Part shown: positions 26,615-36,873 of the stretch, one piece after another | How the letters are laid out: each line of letters begins with the position of its first letter | How positions within the stretch are numbered: position 1 is the first letter of the stretch | Origin: Betaproteobacteria bacterium | GTDB taxonomy: Bacteria > Pseudomonadota > Gammaproteobacteria > Burkholderiales > SG8-39 | Direction: 5' to 3' | NCBI GenBank assembly: GCA_947479645.1 | Contig: CANKAJ010000002.1 | Coordinates: forward strand, 400-64,399 | DNA: 64,000 nt | Notes under the pieces: model-generated | The model's database searches: none | Told to the model about the DNA's origin: nothing | Seen by the model: only the letters and a program-made list of their open reading frames with translations | Program-made: the position numbers and the translations under genes

Positions 26615-28735
26615 TTATTCCTTCCCGCGCGATATGCGAACCACTTCCGGAATTCGCCGCAATGCGCGCAGCACTTTGGCCAGGTGCTGGCGATTGGCAA
26701 CCTGCAGCGTGAAATGATTGGTTGCGTAGAGGTTGCGGTCCTCGTCTACAGAAACATTGGCGATATTGCAGCCTGCGTCGGCGATGGCTGATGCCACTTT
26801 GGCCAATACGCCGCGCTGATCCAGCACCACGACGTGAAGATTGACATCGAACAGGCGATCGGTGTCCGGATCCCATTCAACATCGACCCATTTATCCGTA
26901 TCGCCGCGGGCCCTGCTGGAGCTGGGACAGTCGTGTGTGTGAACGACCAGGCCCTGTCCCTTCTTGATGAAGCCGATGATGGGGTCACCCGGAATGGGAT
27001 GGCAGCACCGGGCAAACTGCACTGCCATGCCTTCAGAGCCGTGAATGACGATGGAGCCTGCGATCTTTTTCTCGCCGATGGATGGATCCGGGTCGGACAG
27101 CAGAAGTAATTTCCGCGCAACAATGGCAGCCAATCGCTTGCCCAGTCCGATGTCTGCGAGGATTTCGCCTCGAGAATGCGCGCTGGTGTCGCGAACGAGT
27201 TTCTCCCAGCGTTCCTTTTGCACATCGGTAAGCGTCATTCCCAGCGTACGCAGGGCCTGCCCTAGCAAGCGTTCGCCAAGTTTGGTGGCTTCGCCAGTTT
27301 GCGTGACTTTCATGAAATGCCGGATCTGCGCGCGCGCCTTGGCGGTTTTGACGTAAGTGAGCCATGCCGGATTGGGATGGGCGTGGGGCGCGGTGATGAT
27401 CTCCACGCGGTCGCCGCTTTTCAACTCGTTCCGAAGCGGCACCAGTTCCAGGTTGATGCGCGCCGCCATGCAGCGATTGCCAATGTCGGTGTGCACGGCA
27501 TAGGCAAAGTCAACCACGGTTGCTCCCCGTGGCAGGGCGAGGATTTTCCCTTTGGGCGTAAATACGTAGACTTCGTCCGGAAAAAGATCGATCTTGATGT
27601 GTTCGAGGAATTCAGCCGCGTCGCCGGAGTGGTGCTGGACATCCAGCAGCGACTGTAGCCAGCGATGAGTGCGTTTTTGCACTTCATTCAACTCGGCATC
27701 GGAGCTCTTGTACAGCCAATGCGACGCCACGCCGGTTTCCGCGATGTGGTTCATCTCCTGGGTGCGGATCTGCATCTCGATCGGCATGCCGAATGGTCCA
27801 ATCAGCGTCGTATGCAGGGATTGGTAGCCGTTGACCTTGGGGATCGCGATGTAGTCCTTGAACTTCCCGGGCACCGGTTTGTACAAGCCATGCAGCACGC
27901 CCAGGGCGTAATAGCAGGCAGGCACATCCTTGACGACGACGCGAAAGCCGTAGATGTCCAATACCTGTGAGAACGACAGGTGCTTCTCGACCATCTTCTT
28001 GTAAATCGAGTAGATATGCTTTTCGCGCCCGCTGACGGTGGCGTCAATTGCCGCCGCAGTGAGCCGTTCCTGGACGCTGTCGAGGATTTTCTTGACGCCG
28101 ACCCGGCGGTTTCCACGCGCGGCTTTCAATGCTTTGGCGATGGTGCGATAGCGCAGCGAATACAGGTGCGCGAATGACAACTCCTGCAGTTCGCGGTACA
28201 GGCTGTCCAGTCCGAGGCGGTTGGCGATGGGAGCGTAGATTTCCATCGTCTCGCGTGCCACGCGGCGGCGTTGCTCCGGACTCACTGCGTCCAAAGTCCG
28301 CATGTTGTGCAGACGGTCGGCCAACTTGATCAGCATCACGCGCACGTCGCGCGCCATCGCCAACAGCATCTTGCGGAAGTTCTCGGCCTGCGCCTCCTGC
28401 CGTGACTGGAACTCGATGCGGTCCAGCTTGGACAGGCTGTCCACCAGATCGGCAACCGGTTTGCCGAAACGGGCGCTAATTTCTTCCTTGGTGACCGCAG
28501 TGTCCTCCATGACGTCGTGGAGGAGGGCGGCCATTACTGCCTGTGCGTCCAGTTGCCAGCCGGCGATGATGCCGGCGACGGCCAGCGGGTGGGTGATATA
28601 GGGGCCGCCGCTTTTGCGCGTCTGCCCTTCATGGGCGTTATCGCTGAACTGGTAGGCTTCTTCAATACGGTTAATGTCAGCTGGCGTAAGGTAAGCCAGT
28701 GTCTGGCGCAGGTCAGTGATCGCGGCAGCAACCAT
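26615..28735 (-). CDS. spoT: bifunctional (p)ppGpp synthetase/hydrolase
   Basis: HD domain (HPLAVAGII...LLHDVMEDT), synthetase region (GREKHIYSIYKKM), TGS and C-terminal ACT-like regions. 706 aa, immediately downstream of rpoZ. Confidence 0.92.
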   Translation of the reverse strand: MVAAAITDLRQTLAYLTPADINRIEEAYQFSDNAHEGQTRKSGGPYITHPLAVAGIIAGWQLDAQAVMAALLHDVMEDTAVTKEEISARFGKPVADLVDSLSKLDRIEFQSRQEAQAENFRKMLLAMARDVRVMLIKLADRLHNMRTLDAVSPEQRRRVARETMEIYAPIANRLGLDSLYRELQELSFAHLYSLRYRTIAKALKAARGNRRVGVKKILDSVQERLTAAAIDATVSGREKHIYSIYKKMVEKHLSFSQVLDIYGFRVVVKDVPACYYALGVLHGLYKPVPGKFKDYIAIPKVNGYQSLHTTLIGPFGMPIEMQIRTQEMNHIAETGVASHWLYKSSDAELNEVQKRTHRWLQSLLDVQHHSGDAAEFLEHIKIDLFPDEVYVFTPKGKILALPRGATVVDFAYAVHTDIGNRCMAARINLELVPLRNELKSGDRVEIITAPHAHPNPAWLTYVKTAKARAQIRHFMKVTQTGEATKLGERLLGQALRTLGMTLTDVQKERWEKLVRDTSAHSRGEILADIGLGKRLAAIVARKLLLLSDPDPSIGEKKIAGSIVIHGSEGMAVQFARCCHPIPGDPIIGFIKKGQGLVVHTHDCPSSSRARGDTDKWVDVEWDPDTDRLFDVNLHVVVLDQRGVLAKVASAIADAGCNIANVSVDEDRNLYATNHFTLQVANRQHLAKVLRALRRIPEVVRISRGKE

Positions 28736-28807
28736 GATCAGCCCAGGAGTCCCCTCGGTGATTTGGCCGGCCAGCGCGGCCAGTCCAGAGGGCGGTCGGT
28801 TATCACG

Positions 28808-29017
28808 TCACGCGGAATTGGCGCGATTCAGATACTCGATCCCGTACAGGCCAGCCGCCATTTCGCGCAACGCGATTACGCACGGTTTGTCGCGATTGGC
28901 TTCCACCATCGGTTCCGCGCCCTGGGCAAGCTGACGGGCACGATAGGTCGCAGCAAGAGTCAGCTGAAAACGATTGGGAATTGATTTCATGCAGTCTTCA
29001 ACGGTGATACGGGCCAT
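28808..29017 (-). CDS. rpoZ: DNA-directed RNA polymerase subunit omega
   Basis: [30 protein letters not shown]. Start moved to ATG 29017. Confidence 0.9.
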   Translation of the reverse strand: MARITVEDCMKSIPNRFQLTLAATYRARQLAQGAEPMVEANRDKPCVIALREMAAGLYGIEYLNRANSA

Positions 29018-29088
29018 GATTAACCTTTGGGTCAGAAGTCGAACAAATGTCGGTAAATCCGAACGTACACACGCTGCCGTCAGTCGTA

Positions 29089-29718
29089 TCAACGCGAATT
29101 TGCGCTGAAATCAACCCATTCTGGAAGCTGTGCACTGAGGCGGGTGAGGGCGTCGTGGGCACGCAATCGAACCGCGCGTATGACCGCCGCAAGATCGCGA
29201 CGAGCATCCTCGAAATCCTTGTTAATAATAACATAATCGAACTCTGCTATATGCCCTATCTCTTCTGTGGCATTGCGCAGGCGCTCCCGTATCGATTCCT
29301 CGGAGTCCTTTCCGCGACTGCGTAATCGACGTTCCAGTTCAGCCAGCGATGGGGGCAGGATAAACAGGCTGACGGTTTCCGGGAACAACCGTCTGATTTG
29401 CTGGGCGCCCTGCCAGTCAATTTCCATAATGATGTCATGCCCTTGGGCACGAGTGTCGGTTATCCATTTATGGGATGTGCCGTAGCGATTGCCATGAACC
29501 TCGGCGCTTTCCAGAAACTCGCTGCGTTCCAGCATGGCCTCAAATGTCGTCCGGTCGACAAAATGGTATTCGCGGCCATTGACTTCCCCGGGGCGTGGCG
29601 CGCGCGTGGTGTAGGACACTGACAGCAGCACATTGCCGTCTTCGGCAAGCACAGCGTTGACCAGAGACGATTTCCCGGCGCCAGAGGGCGCAGCAACAAT
29701 GAAGATGTTACCGTTCAT
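29089..29718 (-). CDS. gmk: guanylate kinase
   Basis: P-loop [10 protein letters not shown], 209 aa, in the gmk-rpoZ-spoT order. Confidence 0.92.
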   Translation of the reverse strand: MNGNIFIVAAPSGAGKSSLVNAVLAEDGNVLLSVSYTTRAPRPGEVNGREYHFVDRTTFEAMLERSEFLESAEVHGNRYGTSHKWITDTRAQGHDIIMEIDWQGAQQIRRLFPETVSLFILPPSLAELERRLRSRGKDSEESIRERLRNATEEIGHIAEFDYVIINKDFEDARRDLAAVIRAVRLRAHDALTRLSAQLPEWVDFSANSR

Positions 29719-30581
29719 TCGATGTTTTGCACCTGCTCGCGCATTTGTTCGATAAGCAACTTGAATTCCAGACTGGTATCCGAAAGTTCCTTGGATACCG
29801 ATTTTGAACCCAGCGTATTGGCTTCGCGGTGCAATTCCTGCATCAGAAAATCAAGCCGTTTGCCCGCGGGTCCGCCGGCCTTGAGCACACGGCGTACTTC
29901 GCTCAGGTGAGCGGCAATCCGTGTGAGTTCCTCTGCCACATCCACCTTGATGCCGTAAAGGGCGATTTCCTGTCGAATACGCTCTTCATCGTTGCTCCCC
30001 AGAACTTCTCGCAGTCGCACCGATATCTTTTCCTGATAGGCAGCAATGGCTTCAGGCAGGCGCGGTTGTATTTCAGCCAGCAGCGATTCCATGCGTGCAA
30101 CACGGTCGATGATCATGGCTTTCAGTTTGTCGCCTTCGCGTTCACGGGTGGCGGTAAACTCCTTGAGCGCTGCCCGGGCCAGTTCCAGCGCGGCACTTCG
30201 TCGTGCGTCGCCGACCGCGGCATCGTCGCCCAGCATGCCAGGCCAGTTCAGTATCTCGCCCATGCGCAATGGCTGGCTGTCGGGGATTACGGCGCGCGCT
30301 TGCTTGTCCAGCGCCGCAAGTGCCTGCAATAGTGCCTGGTTCAGTTCCAGTCGTGGTGCCACATTGGCTGATGCGGCAGTCGCGATGCGGCATTCCAGCT
30401 TGCCTCGCGTGGCTTTGGTCGCGATCAATTCGCGCAAAGCCGGTTCGATCGGGCGCAGATCCTCGGGCAGTCGAAACTGGATATCGAGAAAGCGGCCATT
30501 AACGCCTTTGATTTCCACCGAAAGCGAGCCACCGGGTAGTTCGCGTGTCAAGGCAGCATAGCCGGTCATGCTAAGTATCAT
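29715..30581 (-). CDS. yicC: YicC-family stress-induced protein
   Basis: MILSMTGYA N-terminus and C-terminal DFLMQELHREANTLGSKS. 4 nt overlap with gmk. Confidence 0.88.
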   Translation of the reverse strand: MILSMTGYAALTRELPGGSLSVEIKGVNGRFLDIQFRLPEDLRPIEPALRELIATKATRGKLECRIATAASANVAPRLELNQALLQALAALDKQARAVIPDSQPLRMGEILNWPGMLGDDAAVGDARRSAALELARAALKEFTATREREGDKLKAMIIDRVARMESLLAEIQPRLPEAIAAYQEKISVRLREVLGSNDEERIRQEIALYGIKVDVAEELTRIAAHLSEVRRVLKAGGPAGKRLDFLMQELHREANTLGSKSVSKELSDTSLEFKLLIEQMREQVQNIE

Positions 30582-30945
30582 TTCGATGTGATCCGGTCGT
30601 TAAAATTAAAATGAAGGATGAGTGCATACAGCGCTCGATTTGCCGGCTGAATGCCCAAACGATGGTCATATCATAGCGTTTCAATCCCACTTGGGAAACC
30701 AGGATCTCGCAACTTAATGACGCTTGACTGCAATGGAGCACCGGCTTGGTCCGCAGCACGCGTGAGAAGTCGGATATCATGCGCCCAGTGCCGTATCCCG
30801 GTTTAAGTGGCCGGGATCATTGTTCACTGCCAGTTTAAACGGCGCTGCACGGCGCCTGTTGTGGTATTCCCGGGATTACGCAGCCGTTTCCTGCGGTTTT
30901 TGCCCCGCTTTTCTCCGCCTCACTAACGATCCTTGGACTTGAAAA

Positions 30946-31677
30946 ATGACTCATTCCCGCCCCTCTGGCCGTTCCCCGGATGCATTGCGCGCCGTACGCA
31001 TCGAGCGCAATTTCACACGTCATGCCGAAGGTTCGGTACTGGTTGTCTTTGGTGACACGCAGGTTATTTGCACAGCCAGTGTCGAAGAGCGCGTGCCCGG
31101 TTTTTTAAAAGGGCGGGGCCAGGGCTGGCTGACTGCCGAATATGGAATGCTTCCTCGCTCGACTCATACGCGCAATGATCGGGAAGCGGCACGCGGCAAG
31201 CAGTCAGGGCGGACGCAGGAAATTCAGCGCCTGGTCGGCCGCAGCCTGCGGGCAGTATTTGATCTCGAAAAGTTTGGTGAGCGCACCATTCAGATCGATT
31301 GTGACGTTATCCAGGCCGATGGCGGCACGCGTACCGCGAGCATTACCGGAGCCTTTGTCGCAGCGCACGACGCCGTGAGCAAGTTGATGGAACGCGGTGT
31401 CATCGCGCATTCACCGATACGCGATTTCGTTGCGGCTGTTTCGGTCGGCATCTACGAGGGTATGCCTGTGCTCGACCTTGATTACGCCGAGGATTCAAAA
31501 TGCGATACCGATATGAATGTGGTGATGACTGGTTCGGGCGGATTTGTTGAAGTCCAGGGTACGGCCGAGGGAGCGCCGTTTTCAAGGGAGGAAATGGATG
31601 CCTTGCTGGCGCTCGCACAGCGCGGCATTTTCGACTTGATTGGCAAGCAGAAGCAGGTGCTGGGATTGGGCGCCTGA
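30946..31677 (+). CDS. rph: ribonuclease PH
   Basis: [41 protein letters not shown], 243 aa. Confidence 0.93.
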   Translation: MTHSRPSGRSPDALRAVRIERNFTRHAEGSVLVVFGDTQVICTASVEERVPGFLKGRGQGWLTAEYGMLPRSTHTRNDREAARGKQSGRTQEIQRLVGRSLRAVFDLEKFGERTIQIDCDVIQADGGTRTASITGAFVAAHDAVSKLMERGVIAHSPIRDFVAAVSVGIYEGMPVLDLDYAEDSKCDTDMNVVMTGSGGFVEVQGTAEGAPFSREEMDALLALAQRGIFDLIGKQKQVLGLGA

Positions 31678-31710
31678 TTCAGCGCTGGTTTCATATTCCG
31701 ATTCTTGGAA

Positions 31711-32901
31711 TTACAACTGCGTGATATCGACCTTCTGGTTCAGTTGACTGACGGACTCCACCCGGTTTCGCCCGGAGGACCGGGCCCGGAAAATGGCTAC
31801 TTGCGCGGAACTGACCAGATCATTCCATGTGGTTCTGCCCGGCTGCAGGTGGGTAATGCCAATGCTGGCTGTGGTCCGAATCGCCTTGTCATTGACCATG
31901 CAGGTTCCTGATTCGATCTCTATTCGCAAATGCTCGGCGACTTCCAATGCAGTAGTAGGGTGGGTATGCGGCATGACCAGGGCAATTTGGTCGATGCTGT
32001 AACGTCCAACGATATCGCTTGGACGGGCAATCCGTCTGCAGATGTCCTCGACCCACTGCATGAGTTCATGACCTGTTTCAAGGCCATGGCTCCTGCTGAT
32101 GACTTTGAAGTTGTCCAGATCAATCAATGCAATGGAAAGTGGGCCACTCTGGCTCTGTGCGATTTCCTTCTGGGACTGCGCGATCAGTGTTTGTCTTGCG
32201 GCCGAAATCGTTTTTTCGGTGTTGCTGGCAATGGCCTGTTTATCTGTGTGCAGCAATTGGAGTTCAAGCCACACGACTGCCACGATGGTGAGCAGCAGCA
32301 GGATCGGCTTGACGCTGAACATGACCGTCATCGGTGGGCCAGCAAGCAGCAGACTCTGCGATTGCTCTCCGTATATTGCGGTCGCTACAGCCGTGAACAA
32401 CATCATGAATGACGCAAATCCTGCCAGGGCGCCCAGAGTAATTGATGGCAACGAGCCGTTATGTTGAGAATAGGCCATGATGCGCCAGGCGATCCTGCCA
32501 AGCAGGAATGTCGATGCCAGAGAAATCAGGATGATTCTGAACTCGAGATTCGGGGCGTAGTAGGTGAACCAGGTGAGTAACGGGAAATCGGCGACGACGA
32601 TCGACCATCCCAGAATGTCCCGTTTGGGCGGGCGGGAGGCATCAAGGCGATGCACTCCGGTATAAAGCAGAATGAAAGCAACATGCGCCAGGGCATTTGC
32701 CAGGATGATGGACACGAAATCCGGAGCGATATTGCGTGTGGAGACTGCGGCGTTTGCAGCGCAAAGGCATAACAGCGCAAGTCCGAAATGTCTGAGCAAC
32801 CGGGTTTGTGGCCGCAGATTTGCAAATATCAGAGAAAGCGAGCCTGCGATCAATCCAGAAATGAAGGAAAGCTCAAATAGCGAACGGACATCCAAAATCA
32901 A
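31711..32901 (-). CDS. membrane-anchored degenerate GGDEF-domain protein
   Basis: About 6 N-terminal TM segments. GGDEF-fold region LIDLDNFKVISRSHG...RPSDIVGRYSIDQIALV has SIDQI in place of GGDEF and an RxxD (RPSD) five residues upstream. TTG start is uncertain. Confidence 0.75.
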   Translation of the reverse strand: MILDVRSLFELSFISGLIAGSLSLIFANLRPQTRLLRHFGLALLCLCAANAAVSTRNIAPDFVSIILANALAHVAFILLYTGVHRLDASRPPKRDILGWSIVVADFPLLTWFTYYAPNLEFRIILISLASTFLLGRIAWRIMAYSQHNGSLPSITLGALAGFASFMMLFTAVATAIYGEQSQSLLLAGPPMTVMFSVKPILLLLTIVAVVWLELQLLHTDKQAIASNTEKTISAARQTLIAQSQKEIAQSQSGPLSIALIDLDNFKVISRSHGLETGHELMQWVEDICRRIARPSDIVGRYSIDQIALVMPHTHPTTALEVAEHLRIEIESGTCMVNDKAIRTTASIGITHLQPGRTTWNDLVSSAQVAIFRARSSGRNRVESVSQLNQKVDITQL

Positions 32902-33153
32902 CGCAGACCTTATTTTCTTGGGACAACTGGCAACACCCAGGCCCGTAGATGTACTACAAAAAAGTACGCAGCATCACAGTCATTCTAGGGCAAGCTCGGG
33001 AGATTTTATGACTAAATTGTGAACAAAATAATGGTCTTGCTCGTTCCCCGCACTTGGCGCATGAACGCAATGGATGGCCGTTAAGTGTGGTCGGGTGGAA
33101 CCTGAAGCGATGATCAGATCCTTTTGAGATAATTGAAAAATAATGAGTTTCCG

Positions 33154-34611
33154 ATGACCAATCCAGAAGTTTCGCCTGGCAAGTCCGGGCAGCCAGATCA
33201 GCCGCAGGAAGTCAGCCGCGCCGAGTTCCTGCAGATCTATACCGCGGTGGTGCTGCCGATGTTCATGGGCGCGGTTGATCAGACCCTGCTGGCTGCGGCA
33301 ACACCGGTGATCGCCGTTGAATTCAGCGATTTGTACAACACACCCTGGATTGCTACGGCCTACTTGCTCGCGCATGCGACCATGGGACCAGTCTATGGTC
33401 GCTTTGGCGATCGTTACGGCCGGCGCGAAGTGATGCTGGTTTCGCTTGCGATATTCATGTTCGGCGCTATTGTGTGCAGCCTGGCGCCGTCACTCAACTG
33501 GTTGATTGCCGGCCGCGCATTGCAGGGGCTGGGCGGTGGTGGACTGATGTCGTTGTCGATGGCGCTCATTGGCGACATGGTGCCGCCGAGGCAACGCGCC
33601 CGATTCCAAGGGTATTTTGCCGCGCTTTTTACCGGGGCACACGTTTGTGGTCCGATGATAGGTGGCCTTGTGGTGGCCAATGTGAGTTGGCGCTGGCTGT
33701 TTGTGGGGTATATCCCGCTTGTAGCGCTGGCGCTGTGGCGGATCGGGCTATTACCGCGAGGTCGTGAGCACAAGGACGCGCCTGGAGTTCGCGATGTGAT
33801 CGGACTCGGACTGTTTGCAATGGGTATCACCACATTGCTGTTCGGACTGTCATCGGCAGGGCTGCGCTTTCCATGGTTATCCTGGCAGACGATACTGTTT
33901 CCTGGTCTGACAGCACTGGCATGGGCTGTTTTGTATATGCACGAGCGCCGCCATCCAGCGCCGTTTTTCCCCATAGAACTCCTGCGCATCATGGCGCTGC
34001 GACGAGTCTGCCTCACCGTGATGAGCACGACGTTCTGCCTGCTCTCGTTGGTCTTTTACCTGCCGATCTATCTGCAACTCGGCATGCATACCGGTGTCGG
34101 GGAGTCCGGGGTTTTACTGGCGCCAGTGATGCTGGGCATGGTCATCGGCGGGATAGTGACAGGCCAGATCGTATCTCATACGGGTGAACCGCAACCGTTG
34201 CCCAAATTCGGTTTATCCCTATCTGCAGTTGCATTGCTTGCGCTGGCATTAGTGCCAGCAAACGTGGCGGTCATCGTTACCCTGGGTTTTTTTGCTGGGC
34301 TTGGCTTTGGTCCCACCATGCCAACCACACAGTTGATTGCGCAGACAGTTGCCGGGCGTGAGCGTCTGGGTGCAGCAACCTCCATCATCAGTTTGGCACG
34401 CACGTTGGGAGCAGCAACCGGAACAGCGCTTACCGGAGCGGTGATCTACAGCCTGCTTCCCGACATCGACGTGAAGCAACTGGGAAGTTCCGGCAGCGGT
34501 CCGGCCAGTCCGGAAATTCTGCAGGCATTTCACGTCGCTTTCTTCATTGCTGCGTTCGTCGCCGCATTCGGCGCTTTCAGCGCCAGTCGCGTGCCAAGAG
34601 TGCGGGTCTGA
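33154..34611 (+). CDS. MFS transporter, DHA2 (14-TMS drug/H+ antiporter-like)
   Basis: GRFGDRYGRREV motif and many TM segments. First ATG is at 33154 (the ORF track starts at TTG 33133). Confidence 0.85.
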   Translation: MTNPEVSPGKSGQPDQPQEVSRAEFLQIYTAVVLPMFMGAVDQTLLAAATPVIAVEFSDLYNTPWIATAYLLAHATMGPVYGRFGDRYGRREVMLVSLAIFMFGAIVCSLAPSLNWLIAGRALQGLGGGGLMSLSMALIGDMVPPRQRARFQGYFAALFTGAHVCGPMIGGLVVANVSWRWLFVGYIPLVALALWRIGLLPRGREHKDAPGVRDVIGLGLFAMGITTLLFGLSSAGLRFPWLSWQTILFPGLTALAWAVLYMHERRHPAPFFPIELLRIMALRRVCLTVMSTTFCLLSLVFYLPIYLQLGMHTGVGESGVLLAPVMLGMVIGGIVTGQIVSHTGEPQPLPKFGLSLSAVALLALALVPANVAVIVTLGFFAGLGFGPTMPTTQLIAQTVAGRERLGAATSIISLARTLGAATGTALTGAVIYSLLPDIDVKQLGSSGSGPASPEILQAFHVAFFIAAFVAAFGAFSASRVPRVRV

Positions 34612-34753
34612 AAATCCCGGGATGCTGCTGATGGTGGCAGCGGGTTTAGTCGCCTGGCCGGGATTCAGTCATGCCATGCTCCATCTGCAGCAGCAAATTC
34701 ACAGGAAGCATTACGCGCGTCTCAATGGCGAGGCGCGGAGTTGGGTCGACGAC

Positions 34754-35380
34754 TCACGGCTCCGGCAATTCCAGGAGTGCCCGGGAGCCTGCATCAGGTT
34801 CCCGGGTGAAGGCGATGGCGTCGATTTCCAGGTTGCTCAATGCAGTAAATACAATTGGAAAACCACTGGACTCCAGTATTTTTACCAGGGATTTGGGCGT
34901 GAATCCGGTCTTGTGCGCAAAAAAATCATTGCCGCTGCGTTCAATTTCCAGGCCATATCCGTAAATGACGTCCCGCACCAGGACGGGTCCGCCCGGCCCG
35001 TTGAATACGGCATCTTCTATGTCGAGATTCCGTTCAGCAACGATCTGTATCAGTTCGTCCATATCCGGCACGCGGATCTGCACGAAGCCATTGGGCTTTA
35101 GCACGTGGCGGAATCCCGCCAGCACCTTGAGCGCATCGTGCCGGTGGTAATGCTCCAGATTGTGCGAGCAATAGACTGCGTCATACTGTGATGCAGGCAG
35201 GGTTGTCAATTGACGGGCATCACAAACGATATCGGGATTGCCCTTTGGATCAATGTCCAGCAAGACGTGTTCCCAGCCTTGGTAAACTTTTGGAAGTTCA
35301 ATGGCTTTGCTATTGCCGCCGACATTCAATACTGTCTTCAACTCTGTATCCGTGGCCGTTGTAATTGAGGCACTTTTCAA
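34754..35380 (-). CDS. class I SAM-dependent methyltransferase-like protein (tandem paralog 2)
   Basis: LNVGGNSKAIELP...LLDIDP...DAVYCSHNLEHYHRHDALKVL...LKPNG is a Methyltransf_11/23-like layout. Confidence 0.7.
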   Translation of the reverse strand: MKSASITTATDTELKTVLNVGGNSKAIELPKVYQGWEHVLLDIDPKGNPDIVCDARQLTTLPASQYDAVYCSHNLEHYHRHDALKVLAGFRHVLKPNGFVQIRVPDMDELIQIVAERNLDIEDAVFNGPGGPVLVRDVIYGYGLEIERSGNDFFAHKTGFTPKSLVKILESSGFPIVFTALSNLEIDAIAFTREPDAGSRALLELPEP

Positions 35381-35982
35381 ATGCCGCCAAACCCCAGCAG
35401 TGATTTGATGCCGGGCTCGGGTTCCTGAGTAAATGCAAATGCAAGAACTTCCATGTTGTTCTGCCCGGTATAGATGTACGGAAAACCGCAGGCTTTGACA
35501 ATATTTACCAGGGATTTCGGCGTAAATCCGGTCTTGTGGGAGTAAAAGTCATTCCCGCTGCTTTCGATTTCCGTGCCCAGACCGTAAATGATATCGCGCA
35601 CCAGAATGGGGCCTGTCGGAGCGTGGTAGAGCACGTCATCAATATCCAGGTTTCGTTCGGCGACAATTTGCATCAGCTCGCCCATATCCGGAACTCGAAT
35701 GTGAGCGAAACCGGTCGGCTTGAGGACATGCCGGAATCCCGTGAGCACTTTCAGCGCATCGTGGCGATGGTAGTGTTCCAGATTGTGCGAACAGTAGACC
35801 GCATCAAATTGAGCGGCGGGAAGCATTCCCAGTTCCCGGGCATCGCAAACGACATCCGGGTTGCCTCTGGGATCAATGTCCAGCAGCACGTGTTCCCAGC
35901 CCTGATAGTGCTTGGGTAATTCAATTGCCTTGTTGTTGCCGCCGACGTTCAATAGTTTTTTCGGACCCATGCCAATGTCCAT
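35377..35982 (-). CDS. class I SAM-dependent methyltransferase-like protein (tandem paralog 1)
   Basis: About 74% aa identity (hand count, 131/178) to 34754-35380. 4 nt stop/start overlap with it. Confidence 0.7.
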   Translation of the reverse strand: MDIGMGPKKLLNVGGNNKAIELPKHYQGWEHVLLDIDPRGNPDVVCDARELGMLPAAQFDAVYCSHNLEHYHRHDALKVLTGFRHVLKPTGFAHIRVPDMGELMQIVAERNLDIDDVLYHAPTGPILVRDIIYGLGTEIESSGNDFYSHKTGFTPKSLVNIVKACGFPYIYTGQNNMEVLAFAFTQEPEPGIKSLLGFGGI

Positions 35983-36138
35983 TCCGACTGACGCTGTTCG
36001 ATGCGTTGCAGTTTACACCCGGTGGGCCAATCCTCAATCTTGGCATTGCGCGTTGCTGGGTGTGCGAGCCTCATGACAGCCATTGACAGGGTGTGGCATG
36101 CTCTGGCCCTCGGAAATTTTCTCTGAAAAGGATAGGTC

Positions 36139-36621
36139 ATGGAAAATGTTGCAACGCTGGCCGGCGAGATTGCCGCAATACTGAAAGAGCGGCACGAGAC
36201 GGTTGCCGTCGCCGAATCGTCGGCGGGAGGTTTGATTTCCGCGGCGTTGCTCGCTGTTCCGGGTGCTTCTGCCTATTATCTGGGCGGCGTGGTGGTCTAT
36301 ACACGCCAGGCCAGGCGATTGCTGCTGGATATCCAGGATGTCGCAATGAAAGACATTCGCAGTTCTAGCGAACCCTACGCGAACCTGCTTGCCAGTGTGG
36401 TTCGTCAGCGTTTTTCGGCGACCTGGGGCATTGGTGAGACCGGCGCAGCGGGACCGACCGGCAACAGTAAAGGCGATGCAGCAGGTCATACCTGTGTGGG
36501 CGTATCAGGGGCGGTGTCGTTGAGCCTGACCCTGGAAACCGGGAACGCGGACCGTGTTGCCAACATGGATGCCTTTACCCTGGCTGCACTGCAATTGCTA
36601 AAGAAGGCCATCACCCGCTGA
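36139..36621 (+). CDS. CinA-family (PncC-type nicotinamide-nucleotide amidohydrolase domain) protein
   Basis: ETVAVAESSAGGLISAALLAVPGASAYYLGGVVVY, 160 aa, stand-alone C-terminal CinA domain. Confidence 0.85.
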   Translation: MENVATLAGEIAAILKERHETVAVAESSAGGLISAALLAVPGASAYYLGGVVVYTRQARRLLLDIQDVAMKDIRSSSEPYANLLASVVRQRFSATWGIGETGAAGPTGNSKGDAAGHTCVGVSGAVSLSLTLETGNADRVANMDAFTLAALQLLKKAITR

Positions 36622-36660
36622 AGCTTGATAATCCGACTCATTCGGCGTATCTGCGCCGGT

Positions 36661-36776
36661 AAGGAAGTACTGAACAAGTGGGCTATCCCCCAGGGGGATT
36701 TCCTTCGGGGCGCGTCCCCTTGTATATCCCCCAATTCAGAGGAAACACCGTGTACGCCTTATCCAGATTCGAGACT
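36661..36776. repeat. dispersed intergenic repeat, copy B (longer; contains a G/C-run hairpin insert)
   Basis: The reverse complement aligns to 23963-24052. About 29 extra nt (CCCCCAGGGGGATTTCCTTCGGGGCGCGT) create nested G-run/C-run pairings. Confidence 0.7.
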
Positions 36777-36873
36777 TATTCAGTGTTTCCTTGAGTGTAT
36801 TGAAGTTGCCGTCCCAATTGGTCTTTGGAATTGAAAAATCTGGCCAACACACCCATTTAGCAAAGGATTTTGC

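Noticed and set aside
30879-30901. Terminator-like hairpin (CGCAG-N7-CTGCG) plus T5, 45 nt upstream of rph
   Set aside because: The stem is only 5 bp and no upstream plus-strand gene exists to terminate. It might be a leader structure, but the evidence is too weak to call.
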